Program-made: the position numbers and the translations under genes
Assembly: GCA_958009085.1 (NCBI GenBank)
Contig: OY253673.1
Coordinates: 1,178,001-1,242,000 of the forward strand
Direction of reading: 5' to 3'
Length of the DNA stretch: 64,000 nucleotides
Origin: Protoeuglena noctilucae
Lineage: Eukaryota
In this document: in pieces, positions 26,389-38,821 of the stretch
How positions within the stretch are numbered: the first letter of the stretch is position 1
How the letters are laid out: each line of letters opens with the position of its first letter
The notes under the pieces: model-generated
What the model was told of the DNA's origin: nothing
Databases searched by the model: none
The model's input: only the letters and a program-made list of their open reading frames with translations

Positions 26389-28587
26389 ATGAGCGACGAC
26401 GACTCTGGGATCATGGCAGGGGCGGCGGGCATGAGTGACCTGCAGTTCTGGGGTGAGCGACGCGCCCAGGGGTCCAAACTGGGTTTCCGCCTGCGTGTCA
26501 GGCAGCCGTAGTCATTTGACGCTGCAGATGGCTGGTTGCGTGCTTTGCGGGCGGGGTTTCCCCTCCCATGCTGCGCGCGTCTGCTGGCCCCGCCGCCGCG
26601 CCGATCGTGCATCTGGCGTCCCGCGGCCGCTCGCATCCGCTTGCTCGCTTTCTTTGGTGATATGTGGGAGGGGCGGATCCAGGCGAAGCGCGATGAACTC
26701 GACGGCGGGCCCCTCTGTTGCAACAACCCCTGGAGAATCCCCGCGACCCCGGCGGCGGCACTCGAGGGAGTGCCCTGCACACGCGTCTGATTCCGAATGC
26801 TGTCCAGTTCCAAGCGCGCCGGAGCCCGAGGCGAAGCTTGCTCGCATGGAGGCCCCCCGCAGGCATTGAGGTGCCGCCCGGCAAGGAGGGCGTCTCGGTG
26901 GACGTGGAGCAGAATGAGGACTACATGGAGCTCATCCACCTGACGAACGTGGCGCTCGGGATCAAGGCCAAGAAGGACCAGCGCGTCACGCTGTTCATGG
27001 AGCTCCCGGAGGGCCAGCGGCACGTGCTGGGGTCGCTGGAGCTGGGCCGCTGCGAGCAGTTCACGGTGCCGACCCAGCAGCCGCCGATACACCCTGCTGC
27101 GATGTCTCGCCGTCGGGCGTGCGTCTGAGGAAGAGCTGCGGTGCTTTTGGTCTCCGCAGCTCGAGACGGTCCAGGGCGGACTCTTCAAGCTCGTGCACAA
27201 CGGGGACCACCCCATCTCGGTGACGGGGTACAAGCACACCACGGTGAATGACTTCTCGGACCTGGAGGAGGACGAGGACGAGGACGAGGTGTGGGCTGCA
27301 TCCGTGCATCGCACCGCACACTGCACCACTTTTGTACGGACAATGAGGCGTGGCACGGGCGACGAGGCGTAGCATTTGTTTTGGCGGCCGCATGCATTAC
27401 GTGACGAACATGGGGACTGCGCGTGCGCTCGCAGGACGAGGAGGAGGAGCAGGAGGAGGAGGACGACGGAGCTGTGCCGCAGGGTGTGCCCATCCAGATG
27501 ATGCCCAAAAACAAGCTGAAGGCGTTCGCCGCAGCTGCTGCTGACGAGGATGACGACGATGAGGTGACGGGGCGACTGGGCTTGGCGTGCGCATGTGCCC
27601 GTGCTAACGGGGTGCGTTAGGGCGGATGGGTCTTGAGTTCGCGCAGGACGATGACGATTCGGACGATGGCATGGACGGGCAGCTGTCCCCCGGGGATGAC
27701 GTTATGGAGATTCAGTACGACTCGGACGAGGCAGACCGGTACGGGGCGCAGTGGCTGGCACGGGTGCGTGCCGTGACTCTCAGCAGTCTATAGAGGGCCC
27801 GTTCCGCATGCTCGTGTCCCACTGGCATTTGCAGGGAGCTCAAGTTCGACCGCATGGCCCAGGGGGCGGGTGGTGAGGGCGAGGACGACAGTGACGAGGA
27901 TGATGATGATGACGAGGGGAGTGACGACGACGACATGATGGGGGAGGGCAGCGACGATGAGGACGACGATGAGGACGACAGCGACGATGATGATGATGAG
28001 GAGGAGGAGGAGCTGCCGAAGGGGAAGGGCAAGGGTGCGAGCATGACGCCCGCGGCCGGAGACAAGCGCAAGGGTGCACCGGCGTCCACGCCGGCACCGG
28101 CCACGGGGGGCAAGAAGGCGCGGGTGGAGGAGACGCCGAAGGGTGCAGCGGCACCTGCGACGGGCAAGAAGGAGAAGGGGGAGGTCCCCAAGACGCCCAA
28201 GACGCCCGCTGCGGGGGCGGGGCAGGGCACCGACGCGCTGAAGAAGCAGTGGGAGGAGGCGATCGTGCAGGTCCTGAAGCAGAAGGGGCCCCAGACCCCC
28301 GGGGGTGAGTGTGAACGCGGGGGACAGAGTTTCAGGTTGCATGGGCGGGGCGTGGGACTCGTGGGAGCTCACGGGGTCTTGCTGTCGTGCTTGCAGCGCT
28401 CGGCGGCGCGGCCAAGAAGCCCGAGGGGCTCAACATGAAGCTCAAGTCGCTGGTCGGAGAGAGCAAGCGGATCAAGGTGGGCACCAGCGGATGTTTGGAC
28501 GTTGGGAAAGCCCCCCGTCGCTGACGACGTGACGGCCCTGCTCCCTGTGCCCCGCAGATGGACGGGGACAAGGTGGCGCTGAAATGA
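26389..28587 (+). CDS. Nucleoplasmin-like (NPL; HD-tuin/FKBP53-type) acidic nucleolar chaperone
   Basis: FWGIEVPPGK..IHLTNVALG..VLGSL..CEQF..ISVTGY NPL domain, then long D/E tracts, a K/P/T-rich basic region and a small C-terminal domain. Confidence 0.8.
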
Positions 28588-28994
28588 TGCTAGCTTTGAA
28601 ATGACGGCGGCGCGCATGGAAACCGGCAGATCCTCGAGATGGCACCGCGCCAGTACACCTCAGACATCTGACGCGCCGCCTGCACTCATGTCACGGAATC
28701 TGGGCCATCTGGCTCCCCCATCCTCGACAGAAGAGGAAGAAGTTTGACGTGCTTGCTTCTCTGCTGGACTTGGCCGCTTCCCGGGCAGATACCAGCGAGA
28801 GTCACGGGCTCTCGGCAACGCGGGCGGTCCCAGCGCCGCAGACCTTTGCCAATTCGATATTTTGTCGGTCCTTACGGTCGCTGTAGTGGCTGGCCCGGCC
28901 GCACGAGATGTCCCGACGCGCCCACGCCGTGACGGCTTTCGCCCAGCCCGCCGCCCGGTAGCCCCTTCGCCGCGTCGGTTTGTGGGTCCCCGAT

Positions 28995-31900
28995 ATGCGG
29001 GTCTCTGTGGGGCTGGCGCTGGCGGCAGCGAGCGCGCTGGGCATCTTTACCTGTCATGCCGCACTCGCGCAGCCGGTGGTCGTGCCGGCGGGCACTCCCT
29101 CCGCGAGCGCAGTGTCTGTGACAGCAGGTGCGTGTCGCCGGACGGACCCGCCGTCTCACCGAGCGGTTGACGCCCCGCACGCCCTGGACACACAGATGAC
29201 TGATGATCGCATCCCGTGGCCCTGGGGTCCCCGTGGTCCCGTCGATAGTCGCCCGGATGCCATCGGGACCCGCTCCTCGTTATCTTCGTTTGCAGGTGTG
29301 ACGCTGGAGTGGGCGGACGGGTCGGAGACCTCCTCGACAGGAGGGGGCTCCGCGGGTGTCCGCTCCTTTGCGCAGACGCTGTCCGTGCAGCTCCGGTACG
29401 TCCCGTTCGTAAACAACTCGACGTACGTCTTTTCGGATGAAGCCCAGGCCATCTCATCGTCGCTGAACACGGCCCAGTCAAACACCACTGCGACGGGGGC
29501 CACCGACTCGATATCCACCGCCCAGGCGAGAGGAGAGCTCGGGCGCCCGATGCTGCAGCTCGTATCGCGCATAGTGGTTATGTGCAAACCTGTGCGTGGA
29601 TTTCGGGACACGCGGGCACGCGTTAACGTGCCGGCTGAAGCGTCCTCTCGCTAGCGCCGCAGGTGACCTTCACGGCCGTGCCCTGCGGGCTGCCCGTAGA
29701 GGTGGGCATCGTCGCGGACCCGGGGGTGGGGTCCGGGGGACAGCAGCTCACGAGCCAGATCCTCTCCGTGCCGTGCGGCGGAGCCTCCGGCTCCGTTCAG
29801 CTGAGCCTCCGCCTGGGTTACCGAGACCTGGCGGTCAGCTTCACGGAATGCATCGATGGCACGTCGGTGAGGTGTCAGACGGCAGGGCGCGGGCCTCCAC
29901 CTCCTGTGCGCGCCGAGACCGCCGTGCACGCGCCCATAGCACGCGGCCGACGGGCGGCGTTACTTACGTGCTGCTGCCAGCCCGGCCCCCGCAGTGCGAG
30001 ATCTCTGCGCACGGACTCGAGGTGCTCGTGTTCCCGCGCGCGCTGCTCGACTGGCGCCCCCCGGACAGCATCACAGCGGCGGACGCGGCGTTCATCTCCA
30101 AGGTCAACTCCAAAGGCATCGCGCGAGTGCCCTTCGTGGACTCCCTCCCCGTCACCGCCCAGGTACGACTCGCGACTATCATCTCCCCCGCTTTGACGGC
30201 ATAGCTGTGGGCTCACGACCTCCTGGCTGCTGCTCATAGCGCGCACCGCGGCGCCTGCACTAACGCCCTCTGATACTCTTACATGCCCACCCCAATGCCC
30301 GAGCATCCCTGCAGTTCCGCGCCGGCTTTGAGGGCCGCGTCCCCGGCGCCCTGCTTCCGCCCATCGCCACCTACACCCCCCCGGTCCTCTCATCCACGAT
30401 ACCGGTGTATGGGTCGGGCCCGGGCATGGAGCTACGCAACCTGCTGTGCCTCAACAGTACCACGGCGTCCGACGGCCCCTTCGCCAGCGTCATTCTCGGT
30501 GGCAAGCCCGTCAGCCAGGTGCGCTAGCGAGCGGCCTTGTGGGGAGCGCCCGTCGCCCGATGTCGCAAGTCTCACCGCACCCGCCGCCCGTCTGCCCCGC
30601 CCCTGCAGGGCACGTCCCTCCCCGGCGTGTACGAGGTCCCCGCTCCCATGTATCCTGTGTACGTCCCCAACATCGTCTGCACCTTCGACTCTTACCCCGA
30701 GACGACCTTGTCAGACGTCAAGAACGAAGTCTATGTCGGACACGCATGGTTCGTCGACCCCCGGCGAGCGGCGTGCCGGAACGCAGCCACATCGGAGGTG
30801 GCCTTACGACCGCAGGCAGCCTGCTCTCGTCTCACAGCGCACCCCTCGACTGTCGCATTTGTGCCGCACCGCCTCGATCCGCAAACTGCCCATCAACAGC
30901 GCCCCACCCGCCCCACCACGATACGCACGGTGCTGCCCGCAGCGGCCTCGGGGACGGTGCGGTCGTGGACGTCAAGTCGCACCCCCTGAGCGTGATTGCG
31001 GAGATCTACGGGGAGGGCCCCACCGACCCGGCACCGTCCGGGGCCATCCGCTACGGGAACGGCCTCGCGGTGGAGATCACGGGCAGCACGGCCGAGCTGA
31101 GGTTCTTCGCGGGCAATGTCACCTCTGGCATCGGCGCCGGAGTCGCCTACAAGGCGTGGCTGGCACCGGCCGGCAACTCCACTTCTCCCCTCATCATCAT
31201 CACCGTCGCGCTCTCTGGCGGGGCATACGTCGTGGTCGGGCTTCTGGGCCTGCAGCGGTGGAGGATGTTAGTCCGGTAAGTCCCCCGGGCTGGCATCGTT
31301 CCACCCACTGCTGCGCACGTTGCCCATCGTGCCACCGCAGTGGCCCTACCCACCCCGCGAAACCCTCGGCGCTGTTTTCGCCCTCACAGTCGCAATCAGC
31401 GGCGCGACGCCCGGCGGCGGGCGCTGATGATTCAGGCGGAGCAGCTCAACACGCGTGCGGACGGGCGTGGCCTCACGGACCGAATGGTGGCGTACCTGGG
31501 AAAGAAGGAGCTACAGGAGGAGATATGCCGCGAGCATCTCTTCAAGATCGTGGGGGACGTCCTGAGCCAGCGGGCGGCGGGGGCGGACGCCCCGGGCACC
31601 CCCGTGCAGCCCTTTACGGCCGCCTGGTCGTCGCGCGATGGCGGGACGCCCCCACGGCGCTCCCAGCCGCCCTCGGTGCTCGGCAGCCTCGGCCTGCACC
31701 CGCACCTTCCGGTGGAGACGGGGGCCCGCGCGGAGGCGGAGGGCTCACCCGGGCTTGCCAAGTACTCGGCACCTCCGCCCATGCGCGTGTCGGACCCGGA
31801 GGCTGCGGACGCGGCTAGGGAGGTGGCGGCGGTGCTGGCGCAGACCCCGGGGCCGGGCGGTCCCGGCTCATCCCGCCCACGCACCCCGCAGACGCCGACG

Positions 31901-33846
31901 CGGCCGCGGCCGAGCGCGGGCGGGGGGCGGGGCCTCCTTGGGTTCGGGATGCCGCGCTCGCGGCGCCCGTCCGAGGTGCCGCCCGGGGTGGCCGCTGCGG
32001 ATGGCCCCGGTGCGATCGAGGACGAGGTGGTTTGCGCGGTCTGCCTGTGTGAGATCGAGGCGGTGATGGAGCTGGCGCACCGGGCGACTAGGGGCGAAGA
32101 GGCGGGGCAGGGGCCGGGGCGGTCGCGCGCCGTCAGCCGCGCCCCGAGCAATCCGCGTGAGGGCGTCGGGGCGGAGGGCGACGCGCGGAGGAGCAGCGGC
32201 ATCGGGACGTGGATGTGGAGCCGAGCGGGGCGAAAGTCGAACCCGCCCCAGGTGCCCTCGCCGAGTATCGCGGGACGGGCAGGAGCGAGCGCCCTGGGGA
32301 CGTCTCTGGAGCCCTCGGGGGACGTGGAGACGGGCCCGGATGCGGCCCCCGCGCACCGAGCGAGCCCCGCGCCAACGGCTGGGGATGTGGCCCAGGGCAC
32401 GGCGCCAAGCGCGGGGGCCGCGGCTGGTGGGACCGGGAACGATGCGAACGGGGCGGCGCCCGATTCGGAAGGGAGCAAGGAGGACGGTGAGGGCGCGTGC
32501 GGGGCGGGGCATGCACCGCCGCAAAGCCACACCCTCCTGTTTTGCCATGACCCGTCGGCGTGCTCTCACTGGACAGTGCAAGATTCCTCGGATGCACTGT
32601 CATGTCATGATCACGTTATGACATACGCTCGCAAGTCCTGGCAGCAATGCCTGTGTCGATGCTCGCCCCCACAGATGACCGTGAGTTCTGGCTGCCCTGC
32701 GGCCACGTCTTCCACCGCGCGTGCGTCCTCGAGTGGCTGGAGCGCGTGGCCGTGTGCCCCGTGTGCAAGCGCGACGTCCGCAGCGGCCTCATCAAGCACG
32801 GGTACCAGCTCACGCCCGAAGAGATTATCGCACTGGCGTCCAACCCGACGGGGAGGGAAGTCCTGACCGAGGCCGACATCCCCTTCGACGCGCCCGCGCC
32901 CGACGGCGCCCTGCTGCCCCTCCCGCCCGAGACGGGTCTCTCGCGCATGGCGCACGGCGGCGCTTTCGCCCGGGCGGCGGCTGCTGTGCTCTCCGTCGAC
33001 CCGACCGCGCCGCCGATGCGCACGCGCCCCGACGCCGCCGCGCACGAAGCGCCGGCCCGGCCGCCGCGACACGTGGACTCGCATGCGAACGGGGGCCGAC
33101 CGCCTCCCGGGCGTCTCCCGCCAGTGCAGGACGCTCCGCGCCCTCCGCCACCCGACGCCCCGCGCCCTCCCCCCGACGCCACGCACCCCCCGTCTCTGCG
33201 GGAGTTCGCGGAGCTGGCTTCCAGAGAGGGCGCGGTGCGGTCCATGCCCTCGGGGACCCTGTCTTCCCGTGCCCTCCGGCCCCCGACCTCCCAGGGCAGC
33301 GGCAGCCAGGCGGTGCCTCCGCTGCCCCTCGGCCCCCAGCCCACGGGCACGTTCGCCGGCTTCGCGCACGTTGCCGCTGCGGACCCCAGCCCGCGGCTGA
33401 TGGGCCCCACGGACCCCGCGAGCACGCCCGGCGACCCCGGCCCGTCCGCTGGGGCGGTGCCCCGGGGCGCCAGCGAGGGCAACCCTTCGCCCGTCTTCGG
33501 CAGCCAGTCGCTCGGGCCGAGCGACTCGGGCAGCCAGCGGAGCCGGGACCACCCCGCGACCCCCGCCTTCCTCTCTAGCAAGCCGCGGTCTGTGTCGGGG
33601 TCGCGGGACACGGGGCCGACCACACCCAGCCAGGCATCCGCGGGGGAGGTAGTGTACGAGGACCGGGCATTCGTCCACACGGGGTCGCCAGGCAACGGCA
33701 GCGTGGGGAGCGGTGGGGCGCGGGCAGGGGTCATGGCACGGGCCTTGTCGGAGCAAGGGCCGGGGGCGCTCCACGCCACAGCGCCGGCGAGGAGCGCAAG
33801 GGCCACGGCGCCCGTGAGCAAGAGCACGGGGGGCCTCAGCGAGTGA
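28995..33846 (+). CDS. Single-pass membrane RING-H2 E3 ligase with signal peptide and large ectodomain
   Basis: Signal peptide MRVSVGLALAAASALG; N-glycosylation sequons; TM helix LIIITVALSGGAYVVVGLLGL; RING ligands CAVC (32033) and CGHVFHRAC..CPVC (32698 onward). Confidence 0.75.
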
Positions 33847-34069
33847 CAGCCGGGGCGGGGTTGACGTGCTTTGAGCGTGTAGGGCGCTTCGCATGGGGAT
33901 TTCGCCAGGTTGCGTCCCGCCTTGCTTGTAGCAGGCAGTTAGTAACCTGGCATAGCGCTTTTGGTGCATGTGACCCGGTAGAGTGACGCGTGTGATGCGG
34001 GAGGGCCATGGGTGCATTCAAGGGTCGCATTCAAGTCACCCCAGGCACATGGCTGCTCCGCCTGTCGGG

Positions 34070-35326
34070 TCAGCCATAGTACAGCATGTCGTAGTGGCCC
34101 TTGCCGTCAAAGAGGATCATGGCGGGCTCTACCTCGCCCCCCTTCCCCGCGTACTCCTCCCCATAGTATGTCCCCTTGACCACCCCGACCCCCGACCGCA
34201 GAAAGACCTGGATTGGACGCTGGATGCAGTGGACCGCCACGGAGATCTCGGGCTCCCCACCCCACGTGTGCGGCCGCGCCATCCGGCGAAGGTACGCCCC
34301 ATAGTCCTCATCGACGAACGGCGCGACGTCGTCTGCGCGTCGCTTGAGCTCCGCCACGACGCAAGCCCGGAGCTGGTCTGCTGCCTCCGCCTCCTGTGGG
34401 GAACGAAGGGGTACGTAGGTGGGCCACCTGTTCAGGCTTGCAGGCGCACTCGCAGTCACGCTGGCAGGGAGGCTTCCAGAGGGCTTGCAGGTCGGGTCGC
34501 CGCGGCACTGGCAATCCAAGCAAGCTCCACGACCCGCTCTTTCACGGCGTTGCGGCGCGCGTGCCCGGACGCACCTCGGCAACGGTCAAGGTGGGGCCCT
34601 GGCCGCGGCGGGAGGCGAGGGCGTCCGAGTGAGCGATGGCCCGGAACAGGCAGCGCCCGTCGCCCGATATGCGATGGACTCGCAATTCCCAGTCCCGGTC
34701 GCTCGGCGTGGCCGCTAGTGGCTCCGTGCCTGGGTGGAGGGGAGAGTAGGGGCAGGGTTTGGCGGTGCGGCGAGACTCAGCTGCAAGTGGGGCGCTGCAG
34801 ATGCCGCGTCTCACCAGCATCGCTACCCGATCTTGCAACCGTCGGCGACTCGGAAGCCGCCCGTGAGGCTCGCGAGCTCCGTAATCCGCGCCCGCGGCCC
34901 GAGAAGCACGACGCACCGCCACCCCCGCAGATGAAGCCGGGCCAGCGACACCCGGAACGCAGCGGCGGTGGGGATGGTGGTCCGGACGCGACACTTGCGA
35001 ACGCTGCTTCTAGTGCCGGCTTCACTTGGTTGACAGCGCGTCCGCGGGAGGCGAACAAGGGCCGGACCCGTTGCAAGACCGCCGGCGACGTCTGCACGGC
35101 CACAGCAGATGCCATGACGAGAACCAAAACAAGGAGAGCGACTTCGCGCTTTGTCAAGGTGGACACGAGGCGCTTGACCGCGCTGAAAGTGACTGCGTTT
35201 GCTGGGGGTGCGTCGTTGTTAGCCCGCGCATGCGTTTCCCTGGGGGCTGCCAACGCCGGCAGAGTTCGAGTTCGCGGCAACCTCACCCGTCAATTCCCGT
35301 AGTTCCGCGAGTCCGTCAAGGGACAT
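34070..35326 (-). CDS. OTU-family deubiquitinase (OTU4-like); start uncertain
   Basis: ISGDGRCLFRAIA, ADQLR, HTWGGEPE and GHYDML form the OTU catalytic motifs. Upstream exons include a hydrophobic segment. Confidence 0.85.
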
Positions 35327-35832
35327 GCCGCGCACTGGAAGCCCCGCGCGCTTGGGTGGGGTGGGTGGGGTGCTACTTTACAGCAGCCGATGCAGCTACT
35401 GCGCCGCCAGCGGGCTGGACTTGTCATGTAGACGAAGGGGTCGTCTGCCATCAACTAGAGTCCGGATGCTTTCGTCAGAAAACTGCAAGAAAAGTTAGGG
35501 TTGCTGATGATCATGTGGATTCCGGCCGCCAGGTCGTCGAGTTCGCCCCGCATTTCGCGTCCAGTCACGTTGACCCAATTCTCCTGGAGTCGACGCCGCC
35601 TGCGCACCTGCATGCGATGAGCGCATGCGCGTTCAGCCCACCCGCCGTGGCGGCCCACGCGGCGAATAGGATATGTCGCCGACGCGCCGAACCGGCCTAT
35701 GCGAAGGCTTGGGCTCGGCGGACGGTGGTCAGGGCGGCGGAGCGACAGAGGTCGAACGCTAGCCCTCCGCGCTGGACGGGGTGCCCAACTGGACGGTTAC
35801 GGGGGCCCAAAGGTGCGTCGAGCCATTAACTT

Positions 35833-38439
35833 TTGCATGTCGGCATCGATCGAACGTGGCTGGAGCAACGAGATGATGCGCGGGAAGCCACTGCGCCCTC
35901 TCTAGCATTTCCTTGGCGAGCATGCCGCGGGTCCCTCACGAGCCAACGGGGGCGAGCGGGACGTTCTCAACCGAAGGCCGCTCTCAAGAACGTCGATAGG
36001 TTGCTCATCGACGATCCTTTCCACCTGAATTGCAGACGCCGCGAGCGTGGTGCGAGGCCTTGCCCAGCGAGGAGTGGCCGCCGGTGAGCAGCGGCTGAGG
36101 GCCCAACCGTTGTTTTGGGTGAAAATTCAGCTGCATCCGCGTTAGTATAAACCATTGAGCTCCAATCGACGCTGAAAGGGGGCCCGTAACCGCGCAGGCA
36201 TCGCGTTGCACCCAAGCGGGCTTGGCCCCTGCGCGCGCGTCCATGTGAGCGTCCATTGGGCTTCCAGACACGATCGCCTCGCGCTTCACATGCAACGTCG
36301 CCGTTCCGCTCGCAGCTCTTTCCCTGTTGCTGGTCGTCGCGCCCGCTGCGCCTGCGCCCGCTGCCGAGGCCGTGCACATCCCCGCCAGCTCCGACCCCGG
36401 CGTCCTGGCCGTCCAGCGGGACCTCCTGGAGACATGGGCTATCGCGCGGGAAGCTTTTTACGACGCCGACCTAAACGGGTTGGGTCGCGAGGGCTGGGAC
36501 CGCCTGGTGGCCAAGGCGTTGATGGGCGCGTACCTCTCGAGCGACGGCGACGCGGCAGCCCTGCAGATTCCGAACATGCTGGAGCAGCTGGGGGACCCGT
36601 ACACGCGTTGGCAGCCCCCGCGCGAGTACGAGACGTTCCGCGTGGGCACGGACGGGGAGCTGCAGGCGAGGCCGCAGGGCGCACGGCTGGCTGCAGCTAC
36701 ACCCCACAGGCTGGTTACGGAGACGTCCAGGGTGCATGCCTAGGGTGCCTATGTACCTTCGCGCAATGCCCTGCCCGCGCGACCCCTGCCCACGCGACTC
36801 CTGCCCGCGCGCGCAGGGCGGGGTGGGCATGATGATTGCTTTGGATCCCGAGAGTCGGCGTTTGGTGGTCCTGGGCGCCATCGAGGGGTCGCCGGCTGAC
36901 CACGCGGGCATCATGGAGGGCGACGTCATTGAGAGCATCAACGGCCTGTCCACGCGGGGCTGGTCGATGGAGCGGACGGCTAAGTTCCTGCGGGGCAAGG
37001 CGGGGACCACCGTCAACGTCAAGGTCCGTTGGCTGGCTGTACGTGTGGCTGCGAAAACGCTGTCGGCATCGTTGTGTCCTGGCAGGAGCTGCCAGGGCCT
37101 TGCAGAGGACCTCTCCTCAGGTCTCACCTGACCCGCTTCGCTTCTGGCGCCTGCAGCTGACGCGGGTGTCCAATCAGATTCCAGGAGTGCCCGGCCGCCC
37201 TGAGCCGGCAGTGTTCCCGAGGTCGGCAGCCGAGCCGCCGACGGTGGAGGTCAAGCGGGTGGCGCTGACGAGGGGCAGAGTCGACATCAGCCCCATCGTC
37301 AGCACGCTCATAGCGGACCACGGGCACACGTTCGGGTACATCCGGCTCGCCACCTTCTCCAGCAACGCTCCACGAGAGATGGTGAGGAGCAACACACCGC
37401 TGCAGCACAGGAGTTGACGAGGCATGTTGTTGAGGTCTCCCTGAGGGTGCCATGTGGAGGGAGTTTGTTTATTCCGCCTCTGCAGGCCAAGGCGATTTCG
37501 AGTATGGAGGGCGCGGGGGTGGAGGGGTACGTGCTGGACTTGCGTGGAAACCCGGGGGGCGTGGTGGATGCCGGGGTGGACATTGCTGGGATGTGGCTCG
37601 ACGGGCCGCAGACGGTCATGAACATCGACGGGAGGGACCGCCGGCAGGTGACTCGCGGTTGGCAACAGCTGCGTTCCTGCCTCCCACAACAGATGCCCAT
37701 GCCGCGAGATGCTCAGGCTGTGCAGTCCCATCGACGGCACGTCGGCTTTCCCGGCACTCACAGGTGGTCAAGCTGCAGCCGCACGAGGCCCTGTCAGACA
37801 AGCCTCTGGTGCTTCTGGTGAACCAGGGATCGGCGAGCGCTTCGGAGATCCTGGCGGGAGCGCTGCGGGACAACCACAGGGCCAGCTTAATCGGGTCGAC
37901 GACGTTCGGCAAGGGCCGCATCCAGTCTGTCTTCGAATTGGCGGACGGCTCGGCGTTCCTGCTCACCGTGGCGCAGTACACCACGCCGCGCGGCACTGCC
38001 ATCGACCAAGTGGGCATTACGCCGGATGCGATGTGTCTCAGCGACGACGAAGTGCCCGACATCCAAGACACCCTGCTCTCCGGCGAGCCAGGTGCGCGCG
38101 CGGTCCCTCGCCCTGCCAGCGCAGACGGCCCGGCTGAACGGACTGCCATCGGCAGCGCTGCAAGCGGGCCCACCCCCCTTTGTCGCAGCTGCAAGCAGTA
38201 GCGTGACAGGCCCATTTTCCTTTCCCTTTCTTGCAGTGGACCGCGCGCCCGCTGCCATGCGCGAGGCGGTCAAGATGCGGCGGCGCCAGGTCATTTTGCA
38301 GGGCGACCCTTGCGTCGTGTCTGGGATGCGGGCACTGCGGGGAGAGACCCTCCCAGGGACGCTCACAGCCCAGGAGCTCGACATTCAGCGCCCCTCTTCG
38401 GTGCAAATCATCGAGGTCCCGCAAGACGACCGTGCCTGA
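35833..38439 (+). CDS. CTPA: C-terminal processing peptidase (S41, CtpA family); 5' end uncertain, core from about 36315
   Basis: MLEQLGDPYTR, PDZ segment GVGM..EGSPADHAGIMEGDVI, GYIRLATFS, DLRGNPGG, LVNQGSASASEILAGALRDN and TFGKGRIQ. Confidence 0.9.
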
Positions 38440-38821
38440 GCTACCCAAGAGCCTGACCCAGCCCACCGAGCTGCCACTCGCTCCTCGACTGCCCTATCGC
38501 TCTCTCCACGACTACGCGCAGCAGCCAACGGCTCTTCTCTGCCTCATCCTGCCGCACAGTGGCTTGGCGGGACTGCAGTGGCCCGCTTTGGGACCCCTCT
38601 ACTTGTCTAGAGAGGCGCGCTTAGAGTTGTCACTTGCAAGATTGCTTCCTCAGCAAGTTCAGCCCCCGTACCCCTGTCCCCTACATCAAGACTCCCAGCA
38701 TCCAGCAAGGCTCCCGGCCTCCAGCATTGCCCTTGTCTAGCGGCCGCCACCATCAGAGCCATTTGAACCCAGCAACGCCACTCGCGCTTGCCACAGTCGG
38801 CCTCTCGCCCTTCGACGCCTC

